A DNA stretch of 64,000 nucleotides from Chiloscyllium plagiosum (taxonomy: Eukaryota), in assembly GCF_004010195.1 (NCBI RefSeq), contig NC_057750.1:16136550-16200549 (forward strand), written 5' to 3'. Shown piece by piece: positions 1 to 15,256 of this stretch. Below the pieces are notes generated by a model. That model worked only from the letters and a program-made list of their open reading frames with translations. It searched no databases and was not told where the DNA came from. Position 1 is the stretch's first letter, and every line of letters starts with the position of its first letter. Position numbers and translations under genes: made by a program.

Positions 1-738
1 CATTGTCCCTGCTGCATGCTATTGCAACATTTTTTTTTGCCACATTTTTTACATATCTTCTGACGGACCACGAGCAACATGAGAGCTCTGTTAGTCTCTA
101 CAAAGTATTTAACAGTGATGTGATAGATAATATCCATCTCTCCCTCTACTTCCCTAACTCATTGACCCACCAGATCTCTCATCTCCAGTTTGTGTACTCA
201 AAGGTAAGTCTCATATACCTGGTACATTTGGAGACTTGGGTGTATGTGGCCTGCATTTCTTTACCTTCATTCCACCTATCAGGAAAGGTTAGTTTTTAAA
301 ATCAGGTAGAGTATGGAATTTAAACTGTCACTAGATAATAAAATGCTTAGTCTCTGATGAAATTGATTGCATTCATTCTTGCAATATTACATATTAGGTA
401 AAATTCTGTGGTCTTAATGAAGTTTGTTCAAAATTCAGTCATGGCATATTTGCTTTTTTAAAATTTAACCAGGGCGTTAGTTGGGTATGCTCCATCACTT
501 TGACCAATTCCTGTTTAATTTAGCTGCTAGGATATATGTGGGATGAATGTCTTTACCTTTGGATACTTAGAGTCTGATAAGACCTTTTGCTTTGCTGTGG
601 CATTCTGGTTCAGATTTGAACCCAGAGTGTGGCCACTCCATGTGCGATCATGCACAAAGGCACCTTGAGCCTTCAGTCATGTTTCTCCAATGGTTCATAT
701 TTCTTGGAATAACTGGAGTGACTCTTTGCATATTACAG

Positions 739-832
739 ATTACTGAAGGAGTTAAGCCCACACTTTCTGAGCTTGAAAAATTTGAGGATCAACCAGAAGG
801 CATTGACCTGGAGGTTGTGACCGAATCAACAG
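739..832 (+). CDS. SUPT5H: SPT5 internal coding exon ([32 protein letters not shown]); upstream exons lie outside the window
   Basis: ttacag| acceptor, |gtattt donor; peptide matches vertebrate SPT5 as I recall it; phase 0-1 fits next exon. Confidence 0.96.
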
Positions 833-1755
833 GTATTTGTTTTGTACATGAGAGAGAAATCAATGCTGTTCTGTTCAGAGCTTTATGCTGACGTGTTTGG
901 ATTTCATTGCCTCAAAGTGATTTCTGATTTGGCTTCCCCAGTGCTTATGTTCGTATATGTAGCACTTAGTTTAATAACATACTTTTGGTTCACTGTTCTA
1001 GTTGAATCAGTAAAATTATTAGCCTTAGTGCACTAGGGTTATGGAGAATAAAAACTAAATGCAGTTACCTCTCCTGTTCTCAGAACTGCCTGACCCATGC
1101 TAGTGAGTGCGGAGGCAAACTGGTCTCAGCAGCGTAGCAATGTGGCTCGCAGTCAAACAGAGAACATTCGTCAATATGTATGGAGAATGCCCAGATCATA
1201 AAGGGTCTTGAGGGCATTTAGTTCCAATGGAAATGTACTATCCCAACTTGATAGTTGAAGAAGATGGGAAGGAATTCATAGGATGGGGAGAATCCAACTA
1301 CAATCTCCATTTTAAAAAAACTCATTTTTATAAGTGCTTTAAAAGGTATATTGGTGCCCATATTTATTGCCCAGGAGATTAAAGAAAATTTTTTAAACTG
1401 CCTTTGGAAGTTGTGTTATGTTGTGTTATTATGTGACCTTGTGATACTCCGTGTAATCGATAACCTTGACATTCCTTTCAGGCAGTGCCTGGAGGCTGAG
1501 TATGTAGTACCAATGGGAATAATGCCATTTGTTCTTATTTAATGTGGTTTTAATAATGTAAAGCTAGCATGTTACAGGAATATAAAAGTTTAAATTAGTG
1601 AAAAGTCAAGTGGAATTTGATACTAGAAATATTTGGCATTATCAACCAAATTGAGGGTGACATTTGGATGTTAAAAATGGGGTTGTGTGCTGTAATTGAA
1701 AAATTGGGGCATCACAAATAATGCATTCTGGCAATTTGACTTCTTGTGCTCTTGA

Positions 1756-1992
<237 letters not shown>

Positions 1993-2419
1993 TGATTTTG
2001 GATTGTTTCCATCTGATATCTGTTCACTTGCTATAGCAACCAAAGCCAGTTTTAAACTAATCTAGCCTGTTTAATTTAAAACCAGTCCTGAATTTGGCTA
2101 TGACCTTACTGTTTACAAATCCTATGGTGAAAATCCACTATTGCAAGCGATCTAGTCAGCTGTTAGACAGCAAAGCAAGAATAGATTGTTATGTGGCTAC
2201 TGCTAGAAATGTGGCCCTGCAGACACTGGGTGAGGGCAGAAATGGGCCCAGCTGTGCTGCCCTTTTCATTCAGTAAACTACTGATCACTGTTGAGACTTG
2301 TGCATGGATCCTAGCCACGATAATGGGATATCAAAGGGTGCATATTAAGGGAAGGAGAGACATTGACCAAAAAGCAGAAACTAAATTTCAGCTTTCCAAT
2401 AGATGAAATGATGCATCTC

Positions 2420-2960
2420 CATTTAAGGAAAAGTATCGTTGCCATTAAGATGACAATTATGTAGGCCATATGTCCCTAATGACTGACACATTATATCAAA
2501 CCGTTAGCCCTCCGATTGTTTGCAATGGGCAGAGTACTGATAATGTTCGGAATGTAATATGTAACATTGATTGTGATTTCATGATTGGACAGCACTTTGT
2601 GTGCTATGAGTTGCGCTGACAACCAATTTACAATGGTTAGTCAGGCTCACTTATAATTGCTAGAAACTACATATGTTCATACGTCGTGATCTGTCCTCCA
2701 CAGGAAAAAGAAACATTTCCAGATGTATTTTGAATTAAGCAATCTTCTGGGACTCTAGTTCTCTCTATGGTTTCCATTCTCTATGGTAACACCTTGGCCA
2801 AAGGGGACCAATTTATTTGTCCCCTTTTCTTATATGGTACAAATTGTTGCTTCCTTTATAATTTGGCATTCTTGAATCTTTCCTGATGAATACAAAGTGA
2901 AAAGCTTTGACAGTATTTCTCCTTTGTTCTCAACAAATGCTAAAGTTCTGTATTTCCAAG
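2420..2960 (+). mobile_element. Degenerate Penelope-like element 3' end (GIY-YIG C-terminal remnant plus terminal region with hammerhead-like motif)
   Basis: Fragments translate as CDFMIGQHF, DNQFTMVSQAH, LETTYVHT; followed by CTGATGA..GAAAAGCTTTGACA at about 2883-2912; related copies near 22560-22990, 42350-43150, 56670-57070. Confidence 0.6.
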
Positions 2961-3037
2961 CAAGTAAAGATTTGTTTATTAGAAAGATTTAAAATCTGAG
3001 CATTGACTAAGTCTAGAACTGATCAATGGATTGATGA

Positions 3038-3373
<336 letters not shown>

Positions 3374-5099
3374 TAGAGAGAAAGCAGTTAACATTTTGAG
3401 TCCTATAATCCTTTTTCAGTATGTTAGTATGCATAACAGCATATTCTTGAAGCAACCACTCTACTTGAAACTCTGCTATATAGGAAGCTGAATGGAAACC
3501 TCAACCACTCCTGCCAGTGCATAGGCATATTTGCATGCGACAGAACAAAGTAGAGAAAGTTAATTCGGAGGGACACCAAACACATTGGTAGCCCAGATAA
3601 AGTAGCTTTTGTTGGGGCAGACTCAGTGGACCATTACGTTACTTCTCTAATGTGTGATTCTGTGATCCTACTGGAGGTGACACACACATCTCCTAACAAC
3701 TCATTTGCCTGACCCCTCAAGACCACTTAACCCACGTGACAGTCTGTGGATTGTGTACTGGATTTTATCAGCCTTTTCTGAACTCATCGACCTGGATTGG
3801 GAGCAAGTTATTTATCCCTGGAGATTGCCTAAGAAGGATTACTGATAGAGATTGATTATTTTCCCTTGGCTGAGAACCAAAAATGCTGGGGCACAACTTC
3901 AAGGTAAGGGGCTGATCAATCATTAATAAGGTAGGGAGTAATTTCTTCACACAAAGAAATTGTACATCTTTGGAATTTGTTGCCCCAGAGGGTTTTGAAA
4001 TATCTTTTAAACTGCACTAGACAGATTTTAGGTCACTCAGGAAATCAATGGAGTTGGGGTGGGTGGGAAAGTGGGGTTGAAGCTGAAGATCAATCTTATT
4101 AGAATAGCACAGAAGGCTTGATGGGCCAAATGGTCTACTTTTTTTTTCCCCTTGTGTCTGAAGTTGGAAACATCAAATCTGAACACAGTGATTCAAACAT
4201 GGTGAGATTAGATAGTATTATTTATAGAACTGGTTTCTATACTTGAGGAAAGATCTAAATATATAAGAACCAGTTCAGAGAAGGCTAACTAAGCTAAAAT
4301 CTGTAATAGATGAGTTATCCTATCAGGAAAGGTAGAAATTGCATCTGCTTGAGTTTAAAAGTGTAAGAGAAGTCTGACTGAAACACAGAATATTCTGAGG
4401 TATCTTTAAGGGGAAAGGATATTTTCTCTAGTGGGGAAATCTAGACCGGGGTCACTGCTTTAAATAACGGTCATCCATGCAAGGCGATGAGAATAATTTT
4501 CTTCTCTTAGAGGATCATGTGTTTTTGGAACTAATCTTCAAACAGTAATCTAAGCAGACCTTCTGAATATTTCGTTGGATTGTGTGAGAAAACCGGAGCA
4601 CCTGGCAGAAGCCAACACAAACATGAGGAGTACACGTAATCTCCACACAGTCAGTCAGTCAAGGCCGAAATTGAATCCGAGTTCCTGGCACCATGAGGCA
4701 GCAGTGCTAACTACTCGAGTATTCTAGTGCAGCTGGTGTCTCATACAATATATATTGAAGTAATAGTCAATCTCGTGTACATAAACCCAATTTTTGGCCC
4801 AAAAGTTCTTATATTTTTTATATCTAGTGATTCGTTTTCACAATTGCTCTTTCTCTTTGAACTGTCAAAAGTACAAAGCTCGAGGCAGCATTTCCTTCAG
4901 AATTCAGGACCACGGCCAGCAACTACAGAGACAAGGTCATTATTGGCAGTTCCTAAAAAGTGGAGTGGATTTAAATCTTTGTTTAGCTTAATGTTTAGTC
5001 TCAAAAACTCAACTTTTACACAAGTAATTCCGCTAACTCTTCATTATTTGCATCTAAGCAACCTAAATGATGTTTTAAAGTCCATTATTCCAATTTAAT

Positions 5100-5600
5100 T
5101 TGAACAAAGGGTTCAGAAAAGATTTGCAAAGATGTTGCCAAGGTTGGAGGATTTGAGCTATAGGGAGAGGCTGAACAGGCTGGGGCTGTTTTCCCTGGAG
5201 CGTCAGAGGCTGAGGGGTGACTTTATAGCGGTTCACAAAATTATGAGGGGCATGGATAGGATAAATAGACAAAGTTTTTTCCCTGGGATCGGGGAGTCCA
5301 GAACGAGAGGGCATAGGTTTAGGGTGAGAGGGGAAAGATGTAAAAGAGACCTAAGGGGCAACTTTTTCATGGAGAGGGTGGTACATGTATCAAATGAGCT
5401 GCCAGAGGATGTGGTGGAAGCTGGTACAATTACAACATTTAAAAGGCATCTGGATGGGTATATGAATAGGAAGGGTTTGGAGGGATATGGGCCGGGTGCT
5501 GGCAGGTGGGACTAGATTGGGTTGGGATATGTGGTCGGCGTGGACAGGTTGGACCGAAGCCTCTGTTTCCGTGCTGTACATCTCTATTACTCTACGACTC
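5100..5600 (+). mobile_element. CR1-type LINE 3' fragment
   Basis: ORF 5132..5515 (SYRERLNRLGLFSLERQRLRGD...RTRGHRFRVRGER) is the CR1 ORF2 C-terminus; 3' UTR ends in short-repeat tail. Confidence 0.9.
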
Positions 5601-6398
5601 TAAATGGTGTTAGGATTGACTGTTCCCCAAAATGTTCTGTTCATTTGCCAATCATCATTATTAATAGTCTCATCATAAATACATTGTTTTTAATACCATT
5701 TTTTTGCAGGTGCTATGAAAAAGGCTTTGGGAAGTATCAAAATATAGGCCTTGCTTCATTTTGCATTATTTATTGATGCTTTCTATTTTCCAGCAATGAA
5801 AATATTCTTTGGTAACTGGGCTGTCCCAGGAAGCTCCTGTTCATCATTTTCAATTCTTGTACCTGCATGAAGGAACTTTACTCACTGCAGTTGTTCAGTG
5901 CTTTGAATGTAAAATAAAGTACATTTAAAAAATATAACAATGTGGGACTTGACACAATGACTCTGGTATGAACATGAAATGAACGAGCTAGACTGTGCAG
6001 AATTGGAATTTGAGTAAGGTAGGCCGATCAGAAAGGTATCAGTTGTGTGCATGTGTTGGCCTTTGCATTGCGGCCTAAATGTGCATGCACGATTGTCGCT
6101 GAAACCTTTCTAGTCAGTGTCAGGAGTTGTAGTGTAGCAGACTATCTGAGCCTGATCCTGTCAATGACCGTGCACTTTCCTGCAGGGGTCATTCGATGAC
6201 TATCATGAAGAGGAATCCTGTTGAGATTTTTAACTTCCTTTTCCCCAAGCTGGAGGCACTGGGAAGCTTTTTGATCCTCTGTTGCCCCTGGCTGTGGCTA
6301 ACTGACTTTTTTTGGTTTTATTTTGTTCTATTACAAGACATGTTTCAATGTTTGCACACGTTGGTGATACAGTTTTAATGGTGTTTGAAATGTTATGA

Positions 6399-6566
<168 letters not shown>

Positions 6567-6710
6567 TGATGATTGATTCCTCTAGAGATAGGTTATCGGA
6601 AATATAGTTGATTATTGGAGTTTGCTCCAACTTAGACTAAGTATTCAGTGTCTATTTTTGAACCATAGAAATTTCAATGCATATTCTTGACCATTAGATA
6701 TATCATTTTC

Positions 6711-6803
6711 TGGATTAGTGGTGCTGGAAGAGCACAGCAGTTCAGGCAGCATCCGAGGAGCAGTAAAATCGACGTTTCGGGCAAAAGCCCTTTATCAGGA
6801 ATG
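6711..6803 (-). mobile_element. Short PLE-derived repeat (family P1) with mutated hammerhead core (CTGATAA)
   Basis: Reverse complement ATTCCTGATAAAGGGCTTTTGCCCGAAACGTCGATT...; homologous to copies at 15257, 30650, 44561, 62271. Confidence 0.75.
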
Positions 6804-8503
6804 TCAATTAATCTGAAATTGTAAAACTCTCAGAATTTCTAAACCACAAGTTGGAATACTTGTAACATGTCTTCTACTTGTCACTGATGTCAAAATTAAG
6901 CACACTTTGCTCAGTCTTGAAATGTTGGCCCTGAATGTGTGCATTGAGTGTGAATACAAATATCTTACCTGAACTATTGGAGGAAAGTGCCTTTGAAACC
7001 TCCAGTGCCCAGAATGAAATATTCCACATTTCCAAAGGTATTTCTGAACCAGATTACAAATTGGGAGTGTTTATTGTGGTGATCCCATGTCCACAAGAAC
7101 AGGGCAGAGCTGTCAACCTCATTTCATATAGTTGCCATCATAAAGGCAAGGCAATCATCTCAGTCGGTCTGTACTGATTTCAAACCAGAATTTCAGAGGT
7201 CAGCATCTAACTCATTTTATCCTTAATAAAATATCCCAAGATGCCTGATGGTGCTTTATCAAAACAAATTGACACTGAACCATAGAGGGAACTTTTAGAA
7301 TAGGTTTTAAAAAGCTTGCTTGCAAGTATAGGTTTTCGAGTTTGTTAATGGAGGCGAGAACCAGAGAAGGATTTCCAGAGCTTAGGACTTTGGGAGCTCC
7401 AGGTTTGAACATGTTGCTGTGATGAAATCATCTGATGTATGAGATTGTTGTTTCCCTAACGGCCAATCTCATTTTTTAAACATTTGTTTATGGAATGTGA
7501 GTATTGCTGGCAAGATTGGCATTTATCGCCTAGAGGGCTTATGGAATTAGAATCACATGTAGGCCAAATCAGATAAGGACAGCAATTTCCCTCCCTCAGT
7601 ACATTAGTTAACGATTGTTAATGGTTACCAACTTGCCATTCAGCTAAGTTTTTATTCTAGACTTTTGTTTTAATTGGATTCACATTTCATCATCTGCGAA
7701 AATGGAATTCGAGCCCACGTTCGAGATTAGCAGTCCAGTCTACTACTCCATCGCTTCCCCACAATGTCCTTATCACAACCTTGTTCAGCCTTGGTCACAC
7801 CTTGCTTGTACAGGTGTACAACTTTTATTGATGTTTGATCACAAATTATTGACTCGTGAGTGGAGCTGTCCTTTTAATCAAACTGCCAGTCTTAAAGGTC
7901 ATTGTTGGGTACCTGATTTGATAATTGCCCATGTATCTCTATCTCCCTTTTCTGTGTCAGAACAGTTAGAATGTATAGTGGGACGCTGCTGTTGCAAAAT
8001 AGAGAAACAGTGAACAGTAGAGGTCGTGGAAGTCGAGGCTGCAAGTCATTATCTGAAGTGCCATTTTGATGGTCTAGAACTTTGTGGTGGTTTGTAATGG
8101 CAATTAAATGAAGCATCTATGAATGAATATACTTAGCATTTGTTACCTTATATGGCATACTAGTAAGGTAACTGAAGGAATTCAAGATAATCCAATTTTT
8201 GTAAAGCATGTTCCTTTAAGGAGCAATCAGTTAATGTTACTGCATTACATGGGTTTGGATTTTTGTTTGCTTTTTGGCTTATTGGATGGACAAAGTTGAA
8301 ACAAACCCAGTTAAGAATATTTCTAACTAAAAGGCCTGATGTGAACTTTCTCTATCTTGTATCTCCTCATACTTTCCTTATTTTTCGATAAGACATTTGC
8401 AAAAGGCAAACTTTATCCTTCAACAATACAAATAGAAAGCTAGTCCTCTTCTGCTTGGGCTGAGAAAGGCAAACTGCTCATTTTAATATTCATCGTTTTG
8501 TAG

Positions 8504-8701
<198 letters not shown>

Positions 8702-9379
8702 TGAGTCAAAGGTGAAGTCCCTTGGTCACCTCATCTGAAAACACAGCATTTACCTCGAAAGTAACCTGTTGACTATCTTTAAACTAGTACCTGGTAATAC
8801 TCCATAGTCTTCCATTTGAGAATTTTCACAGGAGTTGCACAAGGAATGCATCAATGGTCGCATTCTTTGAAAGAAACTCAGTTTAAGCTTTTAATGAATC
8901 CTTGATGTCACTAATTCATCGGAAGCCTTGTTAGACATCCAGTATTGGATGAGTGGAATTTTTCTCCAGTTAAACATTGTTCCAGCTACAAAACTGCAAT
9001 CCCTTACCATTGACTCCATCTCCCTTCTTGGCAGCAACACGAGCCCGAAGCAGACTGTTTGCAAACTTGTGTCATTCAACCTTGAAATGATTGAGAAGAC
9101 TCAATTTGTTGATCCAATCTGATATGTCAGCTCACTCATCCTTGTCAATCCACTCTGCATCCTCTTTAGTCTATCTCCTTGTTAACATGGAAATCTGAAT
9201 TGCATGCTTTGATCTAAATATGGCCAAACCAAAGGTTTGACACAGCTTCATTGTTTATCTGTTCTAATCATGTAGAAATAAAACAGAGTACTTTGTCTGT
9301 TTCATGATCTTGTTAACCTGTGGCACAATTGTTGGAGATTGTATTGATTTAGTACCACCATTTTTTAACTTAATGTGTC

Positions 9380-10500
9380 TTTATCTTTGTTGAGGAACAG
9401 TGAGGGTTGATGTGGATAATCCAGCTGGCGTGGTGCACGTGGACTTCCAAAATTATTTTGGTATAACATCACATAACAGGCTTGTTAACAAAATTGAAGC
9501 TCTTCCATGCAAGCAGCAGAATGCATAACAAGTTTGCCATCTGACAAGAAACTAAGTTGTGATGAATAATTGTTTGTTGGACTGGAGACAGCATAATAGT
9601 GAGGTTCCCCAGGAACCATCATTAGAACTACTGCTTTTTTGGATCTTTATCAATGATGTCGATGAATGTGGAGGGTAGAATTTCAAAGTTGGCAGATAAA
9701 ATAAAACTTTGGAAGTATTAGGAATTGTCAGGATGATAAATTCAGGCAATCTCTAACTTGGGAATGGGTCTTGTTCCTGAGTCAGTTCACAAGTCAATTT
9801 ATGTTAAAGTTGGAGCACAGTGCACGATATAATAAAGCAACTGTTCATAAGTACAGGAAATGTTTATATGTTTTGTATTTAAAATTACACCTCTGTATGA
9901 GATTGTGTTTGTACATATGAGTGTCCACAAGTCTGATGTTCATAAAACAGTGATTATTATCAGGCCGGCATAGACTTCAAGGGCAAGCTGGTTTTATGGG
10001 TATATGGGTTCTTGTGCTTTATAGATAGAGGCCGAGAGTATAAAATCAAGGAAATTACAGAAAATCCTAGTAAGAACTGGATTGACATCACATGGAGAAT
10101 TACATCCGATTGTGGATATTGCATTTTGGAGGATGAGAAGGTGTTAGTGCTGTAAAGATTAACAAGAAGCCTTTCAGGAAATCGTGGCATGAATAGATGG
10201 CAGAAGCTGAGGCCATTTTCCTTGCAAAAGAGAATGTTGAGATTTGATTGAGGTATTAAAATTTATGAGGGGTCTGGGCAAAGTAGATGTGGAGAAACTG
10301 TTCCCATTGGTCCAAAGGGCAAGAACTGATTTAAGGCAAATAGCAGAAAAGGGCAACACAAGGAAAGGTTTTTATGTTGTGAGTGGCTCCGAATCTAGTT
10401 TGTAGTAAGAAGATACCAGAGACAGAAATTGGACAATTATCTAGAGAAAAGGCTGAAGGCCTTTAGGAAACTAAAATGGAGTAGGTCTATTTGAGTTGAC
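9380..10500 (+). mobile_element. Old, degenerate CR1-type LINE ORF2 remnant
   Basis: Residual RT-like (gtggacttccaaaa, gaggttccccaggaacc) and C-terminal motifs. Confidence 0.55.
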
Positions 10501-12163
10501 ACCAAGTTGAATGCTAACCATTTTCTCATGTCCTACCTTTATCAAAGATTAATAAACATATAACCTAGGTTCCCTCGTCTCTGCAAACTCTTTAGAATTA
10601 CGATATTAAATTAATATTGCTTCTCCCCGTTGTTTCTGCTAAAACACATAACATTGCTACTGAATTTTGTTGACCTCTTGTCAACCTATTCTATCAGCTT
10701 AACTCTGACGTGTTGTGTATAATTCATATTACTGTCACTGTTTGGCATTCCTCCAAGTCTGATGTCAGCAGCAAGTATTAAAATTTTATCCTATGTACCA
10801 AGATCTAAGTCATGTGTATGTATAGCAAAAAGGCAATGCACCTCACATTGATATTATGTAACATTATTGTTTTTATACAGGAGGATGAGAGACAATCATC
10901 TACTATACGATCTTTTTTTTGTTAAAATGGATATTGACCCTTGTTTTCCATAAGACTCATTATTGGTTACCAGTCTGTTTTGTGATACTTTGTTGAACAC
11001 TTTCTTAAACTCAGTATAGATCTCACGTTCTGTTCATCAACATTCTCCAATTACTTCAACAAAAAATTCAATTAGATCTGTTGAACACAATCTACCATAT
11101 TGGCTAATATGTGTTGGCTATTCTTCATGAACTCTATTCAGGACCCTGAGATTTTTTTTGAAAATCTTCATTCATGTGTGCCTCTTGTATTTTTAATTTA
11201 TTAATGGGACGTGGACACTGCTGGTTAGGCCAGAGAGTTTTGCTCATTTTTCCTGACTCTATTCCAAAAACCTTGATTTTAACCCTGCACTCATTCATGA
11301 ATAAGGATGTCAAATTTTCCACTCTTAAATGCTCTGGCACCTCCCCTATATCTAGGGAAGATTGAAAAATTAAGCAACCCTTTTATCCCCACCCCAACTT
11401 CCTTTTAATAACTTGGGGGGGCAAACCATCCAGACCAGATAGATTACTTACCCTAAGCAGCCTTTCTAATACTGTCTCTTCTGCAAATTTCTCACTTTAC
11501 AAAGTCTTTACCATTGTCGCTTCTACCAATAATTAGTCAGATTCCACTTCCTTAGTAAACATGTACCTCGGGATGTAACTGTGATACTGGCCATAAGTTA
11601 TGGATCAGCAGGTTAGTCTTGTCGGGTTATGGGATAGCTCCTCTTTGAAACAAGACCCCAGGTGTTAGCAAGGAGGACTTTGCAGGAATGACTGAGCAGG
11701 ATGTGCTGTTGTCATTTTCTGTATCTTTGTAGATGCTAAGTGGTCTATTCTATCTGGGTTGTTCCTATTTTTGTAATGGTTTATTACAACTGACTGGATT
11801 GTTAGACCATTTCAGAGGGCAGTTAAGAATTGCCCTCACCATGTGAGTCTGGAGCCACCTGCGGGCCAGACAAGGCAAGGACAGCAGATTGCATTTTTAT
11901 GACATTCATTTCCTGGTCATTATTCCTGAGTCTAGCTTTTGACTTAAGATTTATTGATTGAACTTAAATTCCAACAGCTGCTATGGCTTTAAATCCATGT
12001 CCGAGAGTACAAGTGGGCATTTGGATTTCTCTTCCATCCTGTCTATTGCTACTAGGCTACCATTTCTCCTAAACTTATCCAGTCTTCTGTATTATTTTCT
12101 GGAATGTTGAATGAAACAATGCTTAGCAGGATTTGTGCTAACTTTCAAAAAACTTTTTTTTAG

Positions 12164-12313
<150 letters not shown>

Positions 12314-13137
12314 TAATAAAATCCTGAAATTTCAGCTTTTTTAAAGTAATAAATAGCTTGTGCACTACTTACTGTAGGTGAATGTTACAAACCTTTTATT
12401 TATCCAGAGTGTAGTTGTGTTGGTGGACCTTCCAAAGTAATGCTCTGTATTGGAAAGAGCTTACATCATCACAGGCAACTGTTGGCATTGAGAATTTTTA
12501 TGCAAACACTTACACGGATAACTTCAATGTCAATTGCTGATGGAAGACATTGTCAAATATTTGTGACTTTAAACAAGTCAAAAGGTTAGGACAGCATGTG
12601 ATTCCACACACCGTATTGGATTTGGTACCAATTTTTAACCGTGAACGGCTGTGTAGTGGCGATTGATTGATTCATTCTGCAGTACAGAAAGCACCTTTTC
12701 TCCATTCAGAGCCTCTGTGTGCAAACAGACACAGGAATGTTGGCATGTGAATCCCAGCTCTTGGACTTTAATTTGTGTTTAGCACAAGAATTATTCTCAG
12801 TGTAATATGAGTTTATAATGATGCTTTAGCACTCCTTTAGAGGAATCTTACTTGAAACATCTTCGCAACTTGCTGTCATTCTTTGAAAATTAAAATTAGC
12901 TGCTTCAAAATAATATTTGCATGATTTTACTCTGGGTGTAATTTTCCAGCTGTGAATCCATTCCCATAGCTGCTACTTGCAAGTTAGTTCTTTGTATTTT
13001 CAACTGATCCACTAAGAACATGAAGTAAAAGCAAAAGATGGTGGAAATATTCAACAAGTCACTCAGCATCTGATAGACTGGCTACTGTTTGGACTGAGAT
13101 TCTTCATCAAGACTCGAAGGCAACCTTGTTGTCCTTT

Positions 13138-14875
13138 AGAACATAGAAACATAGAAAAATACAGCGCAGTACAGGCCCTTTGGCCCTCGATGTTGCGCCG
13201 ATCCAAGCCCACCTAACCTACACTAGCCCACTATCCTCCATATGCCTATCCAATGCCTGTTAAAATGCCCATAAAAAAGGAGAGTCCACCACTGCTACTG
13301 GCAGGGCATTCCATGAACTCACGACTCGCTGAGTAAAGAACCTACCCCTAACATCTGTCCTATACATACCNNNNNNNNNNNNNNNNNNNNNNNNNNNNNN
13401 NNNNNNNNNNNNNNNNNNNNNNNNNNNNNNNNNNNNNNNNNNNNNNNNNNNNNNNNNNNNNNNNNNNNNNNNNNNNNNNNNNNNNNNNNNNNNNNNNNNN
13501 NNNNNNNNNNNNNNNNNNNNNNNNNNNNNNNNNNNNNNNNNNNNNNNNNNNNNNNNNNNNNNNNNNNNNNNNNNNNNNNNNNNNNNNNNNNNNNNNNNNN
13601 NNNNNNNNNNNNNNNNNNNNNNNNNNNNNNNNNNNNNNNNNNNNNNNNNNNNNNNNNNNNNNNNNNNNNNNNNNNNNNNNNNNNNNNNNNNNNNNNNNNN
13701 NNNNNNNNNNNNNNNNNNNNNNNNNNNNNNNNNNNNNNNNNNNNNNNNNNNNNNNNNNNNNNNNNNNNNNNNNNNNNNNNNNNNNNNNNNNNNNNNNNNN
13801 NNNNNNNNNNNNNNNNNNNNNNNNNNNNNNNNNNNNNNNNNNNNNNNNNNNNNNNNNNNNNNNNNNNNNNNNNNNNNNNNNNNNNNNNNNNNNNNNNNNN
13901 NNNNNNNNNNNNNNNNNNNNNNNNNNNNNNNNNNNNNNNNNNNNNNNNNNNNNNNNNNNNNNNNNNNNNNNNNNNNNNNNNNNNNNNNNNNNNNNNNNNN
14001 NNNNNNNNNNNNNNNNNNNNNNNNNNNNNNNNNNNNNNNNNNNNNNNNNNNNNNNNNNNNNNNNNNNNNNNNNNNNNNNNNNNNNNNNNNNNNNNNNNNN
14101 NNNNNNNNNNNNNNNNNNNNNNNNNNNNNNNNNNNNNNNNNNNNNNNNNNNNNNNNNNNNNNNNNNNNNNATCCCTACTCCCTTTCTTGAACAAGGGAAC
14201 CACATTTGCTATCCTCCAGTCTTCTGGGACTACTCCTGTAGACAAAGAGGACATAAAAATCAAGGCCAATGGCTCTGCGATCTCCTCCCTTGCTTCCCAG
14301 AGAATCCTAGGATAAATGCCATCAGGCCCAGGGGACTTATCTATTTTCACCCTTTCCAGAATTTCCAACACCTCTTCTCTGCATTCCTCGAAGTCATCCA
14401 TTCTACTTAATTGTGACTCAGTATTCACATTGACAATAATGTCCTGTTCCTGAGTGAATACTGACGAAATGTATTCATTCAGTGTCTCCCCAATCTCTTC
14501 CGCCTCCACACGCAACTTCCCACTACTATCCTTGAGTGGACCTATTCCTACCCTAGTCATTCTTTTATTCCTGACATACCTATAGAAAGCCTTAGGGTTT
14601 TCCCTAATCCTACCAACTAAGGACCTTTCATGTCCCCTTCTTGCTGCTCTTAGCTCTCTCTTCAGGTCCTTCCTGGTTACCTTATAACTCTCAATCGCCC
14701 CAATTGAACCTTCACGCTTCATCTTTACATAGGCCGCCCTCTTCCCTTTAACCAGGGATTCCAATTCCTTATTAAACCACGGCTCCCTCACACGACCCTT
14801 TCCTCCCTGCCTGACGGGTACATACTTATCAAGGACACTCAATAGTTGCTCCTTGAACAAGCTCCACATATCAAT
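13138..14875 (-). mobile_element. Young 5'-truncated CR1 LINE spanning the gap
   Basis: Uninterrupted ORF2 segment (KSPGPDGIYPRILWEAREEIAEPL...VPEDWRIANVVPLFKKG); 3' tail agaacatagaaacatag at 13138. Confidence 0.92.
13371..14170. other. Assembly gap (800 N) inside a young CR1 LINE
   Basis: Run of n; LINE sequence on both sides. Confidence 0.99.
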
Positions 14876-15256
14876 TTACCAACAGGGAAATGGTTTTCTT
14901 TTCAGAGATTATAGATACTTTTACCCTGTTTAAGTAGGTAGCTGACCTCCTTTTGACTTTTAACTTAGCATGGGCTGTGCAAAACTTAACTTCAGGCAAG
15001 GTTGTGGTTGCCATGTACAGTTGCTGCAGTAGATTCCAATTTAACTGGAAAGAAGGTGAACATTCAATTATTATTGGGTTTGACCTGCTGGTGGTTTAAC
15101 GTCTCATTATCTTAGCATACTCCCGAATGCTACGTGTCTGTGTAATTGAAGTGCACTCATTCTGTGTACAGCTATGTTCAAACTCAAGTCATTGCTCCAG
15201 TGATGAGCAAGAGATGGTGAGCTTCTTTGAGTGGAACTGCCTCTTGAGCTAGCATG

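Noticed and set aside
13319..14869. 516-aa and 281-aa ORFs
   Set aside because: Length is an artefact of the 800-N gap; the real part is CR1 ORF2
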